NCBI GenBank assembly: GCA_964304625.1
Contig: OZ199840.1
Span: 9,470,882 to 9,534,881, forward strand
DNA: 64,000 nucleotides
Source: Kudoa neothunni
Taxonomy: Eukaryota; Animalia; Cnidaria
Direction of reading: 5' to 3'
The position numbers were made by a program, and so were the translations under genes. This document shows positions 29,101 to 41,864 of this stretch, piece by piece. How positions within the stretch are numbered: the first letter of the stretch is position 1; the number at the start of each line of letters is the position of its first letter. The notes beneath the pieces are model-generated. The model did no database searches, was not told the DNA's origin, and worked only from the letters and a program-made list of their open reading frames with translations.

Positions 29101-32100
29101 TTTTTCATGAAAATTAAATTTTAGAAATCACCGCCTTAAGATAAATTTGATGAATTTTGACATTCTATTTTTAAACCTTGTATATTTTAAACTAATCTCT
29201 ATCGTTATATTTACCTTTTAGTTTAAAATATATGAATATATTTATACTAAAAGTTTAAAGACTATGTTTGGTTACATTATATAAAAAATGAATTATGGAT
29301 TAAAAATTTAATTGTATATAATTATAACATCAAATGTATTATTCGCAACTAAAAAATTTATATGAATAATAAATAGGTAATATTCTATAGACTTTTGCAT
29401 ATTATTATTATTTAAAGCTTACAAGTTTGAATTTTGATTTAATAGATTAATTAAGTGAAGTAACACATCATAAAATTAAATAAATATTTTCAGTCTGGAA
29501 AACTTTCTTGATCGGAAATCAAAGAAAAAATCAAAATGAACTGAAGTTGACAATCACTCAATTTATCAACAAATCACTCCGTCTCACTGCAACAATTTAT
29601 ATTGAAAAATGTTGGGCTAGCTTTCTTGATCATTTTGGTGGGAGATAATATTAGAATCAACTAGATATATAATCTTTAATGATTATTTTTGGAAAATTAA
29701 TTGGTTTTTGGCTGATGTTTTATGTCGAGTTTGATTGCAAAAGTGGCGTGCTTGATAGAAAACCACCATATAATAATTATACCTGGAATCGCCATCTTGA
29801 ATGGGGGAGATTTTCCATCTACGTATATCATTAATCTGTAGTTATTCTTTTTGTTATATAAGGGAGATTCAAATTGAATATGATTGCATTTTTTAATATC
29901 CACACTTGCAGTTGCACATCCAACACATGATTGCAATATTTTAGTTGGTGAATCTAAATAATAATTAAATGAATAGAATTATTTTTATTACTGTCTCCTG
30001 TTTCATGCATATGAAGCTGATAATAGCAATTTTTAGTACTGGCCTCGTCAATATCTGTTTTTGGAATTATTTCGAGATTACTTTTTGTAGATTTTGTCGA
30101 AATTTCAAATTCAATAATCTTACCAGCTAAATTATTGTTTATTTAATGTTAAATAAATAATTTTACTTGTTTCTTTATTATCCAAAATTACAACATTGTA
30201 ATATTTACTTGGTACCACTTTTATATCATAGGTCCCACCAGAGTATAACCCAACAATGGTAAATTCCTGGTCGCATTTTTTTGCGCACAATTCATTTCCT
30301 GTGCATATAGCAGGATAATAATATAATTTATTACGTTCTCTCACATAAATGGTACATGTGATTGTTGTAACTATAGTATCAGGTGTAAATTGGAATCCAT
30401 CAGTGGTTTCACTAGCTGATATAGACCCACTAGGCAACATATTTGTGTGAGCTAGAATAACATAAATATTTTTTATTATAGTTAAATTATATACTTATTT
30501 TATGATAAAAGTATTTTCTTGGTGAATAATGCGGTAAACCGGTTATTTCAACCATAATATCGTTGGGTACATCAGTTGGATTAACTGGTATAACCATTTC
30601 TGCAAAGTTACAATTTTCTGAATTAGTAACAGTTTCTCTTTCATTCTCTTTAACCAATGGAGCATATATGTTCAACATTTGCAGAGAACAAGTTAGTTTT
30701 ATTGAACTAGTCACAGCTCCACCATTTTCATTCTTGATATTTGCAGAGATATCAATTTTGAATTTATTATCAGACGTAGTAGCAGAAACGTCATTTACGT
30801 GTTTCACTAAAATACTTAATTATATTTTATTGAATATAAATTATTACGTATGTAAATATTGTTTTGATAACCAATAGTGGGCTCCATTCCTAATTTGAGA
30901 ACACGCAATTTTACTGCTTTCACATCATTGGGAATATTGTCAAATGTAACGTTACTACACAGACTGAAGACACAGTTTTTATTATTCTCACAAATGTTCG
31001 AAAAAAATCTATTTTGAGATGACGCTGTAGCATCTATCCATTCAAATGTGCACATGTTAAATGGTTCTTCGTTAACCAGCTTAACTGTTAGGTTATTATT
31101 TGTTTCATCTACAGCTAATTCATAATAAAACCTGCTAAAAATTGGTGCAGTATTTTTAACAAAAGTATTATCATAAAAGTAATGAAAGTCGACATGTTTT
31201 GGGCAACTTATAAAATAATCTTCAACCAACTCATCGAATTGGATTGAGTAACTTCCATAAGTACACGTTTGTTGACCTTGAGTTCCCGCTATATGATTCA
31301 GTTTTTGTACATCCTTAAATCCTTCGCAGTTTAGAGAACATTTTTTCGTTTCTAATTTTATTTGATCTTCATGTAATGTTGCTACACGCGGTATCTCTTC
31401 GAAATAATCTTAACAACCTTAAATTTAGTTTGCATTTTAGTTTTACCTGTGTAGGATGAATAGACTTTTCCTACATAGTACATTTTATGTATATTGATTT
31501 TCTCAAGTGGTGTTATTTTGGTTAAAAAAACCTCGAAATCTTCCTTGTAATCACGCTCCATTATTACTTTCAAATTTTCTGTCATTTCAACCTCCTTTTT
31601 AGTTTTATCAGATGTGGCTTGTATTCCATATTCAACATTAAAATATCTAACGGAAATATAATTCAGTTTGTCTTCACTATTAAGATTAATAATCGATTCA
31701 GATGCAAAATCTTCACAATTTTTAGCTATTTTTTCATTATTTTCGTTTACATTTATATATGTAGATGATTCGGAATTAAATTTTCTAATCGAACACACTT
31801 TTTTTCCCTTAAATAGATCACTCGATAATTTCACATTGTATTTATTCAATGTTGTGTAATATTTTAAAATTAAACCATTCGCTGTCGCTTCCATACCTCC
31901 TAAAATAATTGAGGCTACATTATATATTTATTAAGTTACTTGTGATTATTAATTTCACTGGTTTTGCGGAATCTTTATTAATAATTATTAATTCGTAAAT
32001 CATTGCAACATCAATAGTATTCAATGAAATATCAAGTGAGATAATTTCCGGTGATGTTTTTACAGCAGGGTCACATACGCTATTTAAACAGTCCAAAATG

Positions 32101-33977
32101 GTTCTTTTAGATTCTTGCTCCAAAAGAATATATCCCCATAAACTTCCAAAAGAATCTGGCGTTGTAGGTGTGGTAGCGGTGATTTTCACTGCAGTATTAT
32201 CTTCTGTTTGTTCCATTGATACGTCGATCCCATTAGCTATTTAACATAATTACTACGCTATTACTTAAAAAACTACTGGAAATGGTCGAGCTAGTAACAC
32301 AAGTGAAACCCTCGGAGCAAACAGTTATCTTATAGCCTGTTTTGGGATCAAGATTTACAATTTTAAATGAGCTAGAACAGCGATAAGAGCAAAAACTTTT
32401 GTTATTGTCTGTCTCGCAGGTTGCAGGAAACTTCGATGGGTCGTCTCCGTCAAGTGAATAATATAATTCGCATGTAGCATCATTATTATTTTCGCCATCA
32501 AATAAATTGGACAGAGTCAGTGTCAGTTTCGTATTATCGGCATTAATGGCAGATGGTGAGTTTTTTTTAGGACTGTAAAAATCACTTCCTAGTTAATTAT
32601 TAAATAGTTTTTTTAATATTTTTTATTACCTTTAGTTTTGAAGAAAAAATATCTGTGATAATGTTTCACTTCGAGAGAATCTATAATTGTTAATCCAGTT
32701 ATTTTCACCTTTAGGATGTATTCAGTTGACGGTGAAAGTCCTGATATAGTTTTTGAATCGGAATTTCCACATTCATCATTACATGATTCATCTTCTCCAG
32801 TGCTTCCAATTCCAAGAAATTTTGGAATAATTTTAATTTCTGCGATGTTTGCTTGACCTTCGGCTACGTTATTTTCATTGTTCTTTAAACTTGTTAAATC
32901 TATCGTTACTTCGCTATTATTATTATTTGTACGGAAAACGTGAGGTTGATCAATACCAACTACAAAGTTAGTTAAAACTATAATGAAATTAAATAAATAC
33001 ATGTCACAGTTTGAATGAATTCTTTTGAAGTGGATTGAATGATTGATTTAACAAGTACTTGAGCGAATCCCAAATTACTATCATGTAACAATGTCGCTTT
33101 GTAGCAAGGTTGTAGGCATGGTCCAGCTTTATTCATATCTGAGCAATACGAAGAAAAGCGCGAATCATTAATTTCCTTTATACCAAAGTAACACAACTTT
33201 GATGGCTCTGGGTTCTGTAATTGTATTGTGTAATAATATTTGGAATTAATATCCTGTTTTGTTCCAGATGCAATAAACCAATCTTCAACTGGTTTTTTAG
33301 GATTGAGAAATATTTCGGGAGATTTATCGTTAAATTCAACAATATATTTTGGTTTATTTGATTTCAATTTAAGTTTCACCGATGATTCTGTGTAAAATGA
33401 AATGTTAGTTGCTTGACTTATTTCAATATCAGAGTTTTCTTTAAGAGTGAAACCCTTATTACTTTTACTTTTGACTTTAACGGTAAATTCATCATTTGCC
33501 TTTTCCACTCCAAAAATAGTTTTTATTGGAATGTCTATAATAATATATAATGGTTTTTATATACGTTAAGATTCAAATACCCTCGAATGAAAAAACTCTT
33601 TTAGCAGAACACTTTTTTATATCATCGTCATTTTTCCCTTGACACCATCTTAAATATTTAATTTTTTTAAATGCATCCCCACTAAACTTCAATTCTATTT
33701 TCTTGCACTCGTAAATGCACATTTCCGAAATTTGTTCATCACTGGCACCTTTTATATCCTTAGTGCACGTAGGAATGTTTTTAAACGTCTTATCGTTTTT
33801 ATCGTAAAACTGGATACCGCATTTTTTGTTACTATTTTCAAGATTGTATCCCGAAATGAAAAGAATATATTTTTCTGATGTTTGCGAAAAATGATATTTT
33901 ATCATGTTATTATCAATTTCCGACGTAAAAACACATTTTAAAAAGAAAACTAAAAATTGTTCATTATAAAAATACAT
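26110..33977 (-). CDS. Large orphan type-I membrane protein with tandem Cys-containing FN3-like domains (three 5-exon blocks); could alternatively be two tandem paralogues split at 28.7-29.7 kb
   Basis: N-terminal signal-like MYFYNEQFLVFFLKCVFT. Exons of about 100-190 aa are joined by phase-1 GT-AG introns. Recurring C-x-I...C...C...C...I..L...Y.I.V motif. C-terminal TM IYVMIPIMFLLLVVILLAIF followed by RRKSKDPSLYL*. A phase-compatible intron at 28691-29782 joins the two halves. Confidence 0.75.
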
Positions 33978-34477
33978 TGAAAAATACTCGAAAAATATAA
34001 AAGATGTATTGACTGGTAATTTCTCCATTTCCTCGACATTAATATCGTTGTTTATAATAAGAATAACGATTAATAATCTCTATAATTATTGATAATTATC
34101 TGTACTGATTTATTTGAATGTGTATTCTATTGATTTAATTCAACTGATTGATCAAGAGAAATGTATTTCTCTAAGGAACAATAGTATTCAAAAAAAATCC
34201 ATAATTTACGAAAAAATAGATATTCGTTTCAAAATAATTACATTTTCAAAATTTAAAATCTAGAATGACTGACAAAAAGCTGAAATCTTCAACTGAAAAA
34301 ATAATTCATCACTCAATCCTAAGGCGAAAGTTCGCCGATAATAACGCAAACGCAATTAAAAACGTGTTTTACATTATTTTATATGAAAAAACACACATTT
34401 TCAGTAACACCAAAATAATTATTCTAATTTCCAAGAATAAGTTTTAGATGTAACCCGTAATATTTTGTATAATCTTG

Positions 34478-35790
34478 TCAGATTAATTTTAATTTTTTAT
34501 GTTTTTCTAAATAATTAATGTTTTTATTGGAAGATTCTGAGTTATGCCTTAAATATTTAATGTCTTGATTTACAAGACTTTGAATTTCTTTTAATTTTTC
34601 CAGAAAAATTGTCATATCTGAATGACATTGATCGAATCGAGAATAAAAATGACGATGGAAAAGTTCTGCAGAATTCGTTGTAAGATCAATATTATTGATA
34701 ATTCTCTCGAAATTGTCCCATATCTCACGAGTATATTTGAACATTTTTATAAAAATTGTTTCAAAGTATTATATAAATGGAACAACATTAATGTTAGCGA
34801 ATTAGTTTGATTCATTTTTTAATTTAAGAAATTCGTCAGAAATACTAGAAATGGGTACAAACGATAACGAGATAAAACACATAATATAAAATTTAACATC
34901 ACTGTTGTGTAGATAAAATTCGGATTCGGTGACACCTAGATTTTGTATTTTTCTCCAAATACATTGGCTAAAATGAAACATGCAAAAATAGATATTAGTA
35001 TTTTGCGAAACATTTTTGAAAGCGCTAAAAGCTGACTGTTCTAGATTTATTATTACATTCTGGAGGAAACAGAGAGAAAATTTATTTTGTAAAATATTCA
35101 AAACTTTTTCATATAATGCTTGAGTTTTTACAGCCATTAAGACAAGTATTAATGGGAGGAATTTTTCCATCATTCTGTCACGGATGATATACAACTGAGA
35201 GAAAGCTTCAGGAACAGTATTAAATATACCACATGTCAACCATAAATTCGTTTTCTTCAGATGTATAATCTTATCAGTCGTAAACATTAATATTCTATCG
35301 TCGGCTAAAGACCTAGAATCATGAAAGCAAAAAAATTCGTTTCTTAGGTTAAGTAAGTTAGCGTTTTCCAAGTTGCTTTCGATATTAACATCTATTTGTT
35401 TTCTTTTACAAATATTCCGATTATTTTTGTAAATGGTTCCTTTATTATGGATCGGTAACTCAATCAGACTATTTTGAGTCGTACAGGTGGAATATATATT
35501 ACTTGTGGCGTATACTGTATTCTCGGACACGTTACGAATGTTGTTTTCAAATATGATTTTATTTATGTCCTCCTCTAACATTACATGATTATGGATTCCA
35601 CGTTCTTCAAGTTTATCAATCCTGTCAGCCCGAAAATTCCACAGACGTTCTTTAAAACCTCCTTTATCGCATCTCTTTAATTGATGGTCCCTACATTTTT
35701 TATCCCTGACATAAAAATTGCGGTTTAACAAGATTTTTTGCCTCAACGTTTTGTTTGGGGCACGACGAATGAGTTTTCTCTCTGTTTCAT
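34478..35790 (-). pseudogene. Mutator-like (MULE) transposase, inactivated
   Basis: W.TCGIFNTVPEAFSQLYII (DGTF motif with D lost), IINLEQ (DFE motif with D lost), CMFHFSQCIWRKIQ and TTNSAELFH. Frameshift near 34800. Confidence 0.88.
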
Positions 35791-36214
35791 GTTGAAGGTT
35801 ATGTATCTATATCCTGTCTTAAAATAATAAATATGGAGGAAAAATTAAAACGAAAATGATCAAACGGGGCAATGTTTTCCGACAACGAAGTTCCTCCGTA
35901 TAACGTGGCTTTTTGAAGTCCGTGACTTGGTTTAGCGAGGTTTCAGAATAACTCAAAAACAATTAATATTAGTTAAAATTTTACAAGATAATTAACTTTT
36001 TGAAGTCTAGAGAGGGCATAATCGGCACAAAAATGCAAATCATTAAAAAAATTGAAAAAAAAATTGGTCATTTATTATTTTTCTAATAAAAAATTGTTTT
36101 AGGTGATTTTTAGGTTTGGATACTTAAGTGTATGATTGAGTTTACAAGACAAGACATTTAGGAAATTAGTTCCTGATTAGGTCATTACAGAAAAAGCCAC
36201 GCTTACCGGAGAAG

Positions 36215-37560
36215 AATTTGGGCCCAACAATGTTTCCGCAAGCAGAGTATGGCTTTGTGGATTAAAGAAATTCCATGGACTCGGATTCAAAAGGCTGCTT
36301 GGAGAGGCTGGGAGCGTCGACAACTCAAAAATTAAGAATTGATCGAAAACCCCGTCACATTACAAAAATATGAGAACGAAAATATTATTAATATTGACGA
36401 GCCGGTTCTTTCGTTTGATAAGATAAAAAATATTCGTTAAAAAAAGTTCTCAAAGAATAAGATTGCAGTGTTAGTATCAGATTTGCCAAGCGAGAGAAAA
36501 CTTCTTTTGGTTGTGATTGAGAAGTCTAAAAATCCGCATTGTTTCAAAGGAATTAAGAAATTTTCTGTTGAGTATTACTCGTAGAATACCTCTTGGATGA
36601 CAGCTAGGATTTTCCATCAAATAATGTAAGATTTAAATAATAATCTTTTGGTTAAGAATCGAAAAGTTTTAATTTTATTAGACCAGTCATCAACCCCTTA
36701 AAAAGGTTTTGACTGTTTACCATGAATAAAATATCGCTTTTTACCAAAGAAAAATGATTCAACTAGTTGCACTCAACAATTAAACCTCGGGAAAATACAA
36801 TCTCTAGAACAGGGGTTAGCAACATTTTTGGGTGACGTATCATATTAATATTAATCCATACAAATTTAAAATTATTCTTAGTTAAAATTTCAGTTTAAAA
36901 TATATAAGAATTTATTAACGTCTTTCAAAATAGAAAAGTACGTCATACGATAGTATTATATTTTAATAATTTTCACTTCCAATGTAATCAACCTGTGTTT
37001 AACTTGTGAAAGAACGATTTATAGAACGATGTCAAATAACATGAGATGTACCTGTCTTTTTAAAAATACATAAAAATTTTATAGAAATAATTATAACATT
37101 ATTTTATCAATCATATTTATTCTAGCTTTTCAATTCAATGAAGTTGAATTTTACTTGGCTAAAATGTTTACATCGACAACATATAACATCTAGAAAAAAC
37201 TTAAAAATTATTTGGGCATTTTAGACAGTATAAAAAATTTTTATGCTGTTAATGCATGGCGGCCAGATATAGATAACTGATGGGACGAATTAGGCCCGTC
37301 GGGCGTAGGTTTCCGACCCCTGCTCTAAAATGGCACCCCCAAAAACTCTATGCGAACATTTATTAACATTTGAGGATTATACTGAGCATGATTACACATT
37401 ATTAGATTACATTACATCCAATAGAAATGTTTGGTACATATTACATGAACAACGGTCATCAAATGTTTCCATAAATCTAAAAAACTTTGTGACCGTATTG
37501 ATCAGGAATAAAATTTTTTAATGTGATTTGGAATTTAATATACAGTCCAAATAAAGTGAA
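36215..37560 (+). pseudogene. pogo/Tigger DDE transposase remnant interrupted by a hAT MITE
   Basis: SAS..WL..LKKFHG..GEAGSVD, NIDEPVL, KLLLVVIEKSKNPHCFKG, SWMT, KVLILLDQ, and QQLNLGKIQSL|LKWH (QPLD-like motif). Many stops. Confidence 0.8.
36810..37322. mobile_element. hAT (Charlie-like) MITE
   Basis: Ends CAGGGGTTAGCAAC ... GTTTCCGACCCCTG; 8-bp TSD CTCTAGAA/CTCTAAAA. Confidence 0.85.
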
Positions 37561-38065
37561 GCAAACAAGAGTATTTTAGAAAATTCTGATATGTTAATTT
37601 GATTATTTGTTCAAAGCGATTTTCTCAAAATTGGTTCTCTTAACAATAAAGTAAACCTCTGGTATCCGCAAAAGTACGTTCTACAACTCATCGTGGAGAT
37701 GGAAATTCACGGATTGATAAAACAGGATAATTTGCTTCTAATTAGATCAAATCATTTAATCCAGCGCTTCTCGATTAATTTTATTTCCCACAACCCCTAC
37801 CACCTATGAGAAGAACCCCGCATCCCTTTCCAATAAAAATATTAAAAATGGATTCTTTCTAGAAAGGAAAAATGTTGTTACTAAAATTATACCCGCAAGA
37901 AAAAACCCCGATTACTTTAACAAGAAAGCAAATGTAAATAAAATAAATACTACCGATTATTAATTTAAATGTTTAGAATTTTTTCTTTTCTTGTTTTGAC
38001 AAGAATAAAATCGATGCGAAGCCATTTATCAGATAAAGATATGCATAAATCATATTTATGATTAA

Positions 38066-38546
38066 CTAGCGCAAAAGCCCCATTTCGCGAAGGCTTCCTT
38101 GTCCAGCCGAGTAGGTTAAAGCCTTTTTGATTTTTAAGTAAATAGCGCTAATGCCCAGTTTGGCCTGGTACGGTATGATGGAAAATTTTAACTTTTAATT
38201 TTATTATTGAATGGAGAAATTCTACGTAGGATTTAACCTAATTAGCACGTTAAACTCTGTAAATTTTATTTTCCTATTTTAATTGTTGCATTTTAAAGCT
38301 TGTCATTATTTTTTCAATATGATGATTTAGATACGCCAAGTTATGTACGCACTTTCCATTCAAATATAAATAGAAATATAGGGGGAATTAATGAGTATTT
38401 TTAAGTTTATTTTACAAATTATGATCAGAAATATAATGACCTTCATTTTATGAGCAATTTATTTAACGATTAAAGTTCAGTTATTATTTATGAAACAAAA
38501 TCATAAAGTAACTTAAATAGGACTTTCAGTTCTTTTCAAAATTTTT
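38066..38546 (-). mobile_element. Helitron-like copy: element B body and 3' end, followed by the element A 3' end
   Basis: Reverse-complement similarity to about 13940-14274 and to about 12590-12646. Confidence 0.7.
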
Positions 38547-38559
38547 CTATAACAATTAA

Positions 38560-40873
38560 TCCTTCTAGTTATAAATTTTATTATTAGTCTATAGGCGAGG
38601 AAAAAAATAAAATAAACATTTAAATGCACGAATTATAATCACATCCATATTCCTTCATAGTGAAATATAGAAACCAGTGTTTAACATGAGGATTATGTTG
38701 TTGACTTCACCATCGTATATGCGATTAGAAGAAAAATTTATTTTTATAATTTTGGGAAAAATTTTGACGCGCTCAACATGAAAATCGCATATAAGATTTT
38801 TTAGAGCCGCTTTCGATGAAAAAAGTCGTAAAAAACGCTAAAAATAGGAAGCCACACGCTTCACAATAGTCAGGGAGTCTACCGTCAACATTTTTCAATA
38901 AAAGAATTAAAGAAATCTCAAGATATTTTTGGCTCGATGAAGTCCAAACAAGATCAACAAGGAGAGAAATTGATAAATTTTCTCTCATTCTATAGTTACG
39001 AAAAAATTCGGTAAAAACCCATAATTCTTTCTCCGAATCAAGACGTAATTTTTGTTGAGCAATTAGTTGCATTCCGTAGAAACATGTCTTTCAGACAATA
39101 TATGCTCCTTAAACCACCGAAATAAGGATTAAAAATCTTTCTGTGAGTGGGTACAATTACAAAATATGTCATAAATATGTCGATATCTTGTTAAGGAGGT
39201 GAAAAGCTCGAACATTAAATATTGGCGGGAATCTTGTATTGTCATTTTCCGAGTCATTGTTTGTTTGAAGAAATGTTGTCACAAACAACTTCTTCACATC
39301 AGTTCAACTTACCTCAAAATTATTAGACAAAAAGTTGATGTATAAAGGAATCATATGACACAAAAATAGATCTGACTTCCTCTCGTCAATTAGTACAACG
39401 AATACAAATATATTGAACGGTTCACCGGAGAAAAAATCTGCATTGGTTTTGTGTTGCATTCAGAATCATTGGAGATGTGGATTCTGTTGATCGAATGTTA
39501 GCGTCTGTTTCTGTGCGTAAATACAACCGAAGATGGCCAATGATCTTATTCTACAATATGGTAGGTTCAACGGATTTTGAATATATAAAAATATAGTTGA
39601 TTGGAAAATCAAACTTCGCTTTGGTTTATTGAAAGAAATTTCTGAAACATTATACCAGCTACTTATTGAGATTGAGAGAGACCCAAAGAACCATAAAGTT
39701 GGAAAAAGAAAACTCCTTCGTCTTAAATATCATAAAATGTTCCTAAAATGAATGACACGAAATATCGTTGTGATTTCGGTTGAAGAGAAAAGATAAAAAA
39801 CATCGTTCGATTGTTCAGATTGCCAAAAGTTTTGTTGACAACTCCAAGCAACAAATAAATGTCGTAACTTTGCTGAATAATTGATTATTTTACGTTTTGT
39901 TTATTTATACAAAAATATATTTTTCATCGATTTTATCTCTGTGGTAAAAAAACTTAATCTTTTTATACTTTACGACTTCAAGCGAATGGCTATCGAAATG
40001 GATTAATTTAAAAATTTTATACTATTTTGTTCCTAATTTTGACAATAGAAATGAATTATATTTAGCATATGTACATATTATTTTTTTATTAAATTCAACT
40101 AATAAAAATGCAGGTCCGCCAGACCCAAAAGCCCTTATAAGATAAACACTTTTTTGGATTAAACTTTCATGTTTTCCTTTTTTAACTTAAGTAAAATAAT
40201 CATTTAAAAAAAATTTAATTTATGGTAACCAAAATCAAAGTTAAAATAAGATAAACTTCCATTCGGGGTCCAATAGACTCTAAACTCTTTAGAACAGGAG
40301 TTCTCAACCGAGGGTGAATTTTTAATAACGGAGGGTAAATTAAGTAACATCAAAATTAGATAGGCTGATTTTTTTGCATAATGAGGTTAATGACGTAAGT
40401 ACTTAAGGATTTCTACGGAATTATATTATCCAGAGCTATTAAGATCAATAAAGAATTGGCAGAAATGCTTAAAATGTTTTTAGGAATAAGTATTTAACAA
40501 CTTTTTATAAAAATATAATCAGTATCTTTCATTTATGTCTAGTTTATCTTTTAGTGATATAGTCGAATAATAAATAATAATACTTAAAGTGACTATTTGC
40601 ATGCTAAATAATATTAGGTATCACTAATTTAATTTAGAAAAGTATAGAAAATTAAGTTTTTAGACAGTTTATGAGAAAAATAGTCATTGCACAAGCGTAC
40701 ATGCCTTTTATGATTAAAATTAACCCCATAAGTAGCCACTGCCATAGCTAACGTATTATAAAATCTTAAAGTAAATATGAATTTGGCTTTCAACTTAAAG
40801 GGAAATTTCATATTTACTATTAAGTCGAATGGGTAAATTTAGAATAACCGCTGGGAATCCCTGCTTCGGAAGA
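38560..40873 (+). mobile_element. Degraded piggyBac element
   Basis: EQLVAFR...FRQYMLLKPPK*GLKI, RNVVTNNFFTSVQL, GDVDSVDRML and RRWPMILFYNMV. Degenerate ends TTAA|TCCTTCTA ... TAGAAGA|TTAA (after removing the MITE). Confidence 0.75.
40295..40863. mobile_element. hAT MITE inserted in the right end of the piggyBac element
   Basis: Ends CAGGAGTTCTCAACCG ... CGCTGGGAATCCCTG; degenerate 8-bp TSD CTTTAGAA/CTTCGGAA. Confidence 0.7.
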
Positions 40874-41864
40874 TTAATAAATATCGATTTCGTAAAATAG
40901 TTCAGAATTTATTGATTAATCTAAAATTAACTACACAATTATGGTTTGTTTTTAGAAAATTGAAGAGAACAGGTACTCTATATTACAGGGATTATAAACT
41001 TGAGCTTAAATGACTAACCAATGGGCTAAAAAAGACACTGAGCGAGATCAATAAAAGGCGATAATTCTTTATTTAAATCATAATATCGATTTCTATCCAA
41101 AATCTCCCCTCAACATCATTCTCAATAATAGATTTAAAAATGTTGAATGGGCCAGAAAGTGCTGAGTTTGACAGCTAAAAGTATATACCACTACAGAACT
41201 TTTGCTCGTCCTAATTTTTCAATCCGCTCCTTTTTTACTCTAAAGAGCTAATATAACAAAATTCTATACTTATAATTATAAAAATACCCAATTTATCGCT
41301 GTGAAAAATCTGTGTAATTTAAAAATTAATCGATACCTGTCGTTCTCATAATGTTCCCACCCTTACTATTTATTATTATTATTATTATTATTATACGTAT
41401 TATTATTATTATTTATTATTATTATTATTATACGTATTATATGTAGTATGAGCGAACATATTTTTCACTTATAATACTCATAATTTATAATAATTAAGAA
41501 AAAGGCATGCAACATACAAAAAACAGTCATATTTAATGAGATTCTCCTTAATTCGGACGCAGGTAACAATAAAACAGAAAATCTTCAATAAAAATGATAT
41601 TTTTCATGTTTATCAAAATTGAATCAACCTACCATGACAATAATTAAGAAAATGCTATTCTTTACACCATTTGATTATTTGAACAATCAACTGAAGGATT
41701 TACGAATCACAAGTAAACACAAAGTTGGCAGTATTTTGAAGTTATGCGCAGGCAGGCACTAGACTTTATCCCCTCCAAGTAATAAACAATATTTCGAGTA
41801 TTCTCACAGTAGGTTGCGTCTAGATAAAAATTTCCTTGTATTCAGTCGAATTTTTCCAAAAAAT

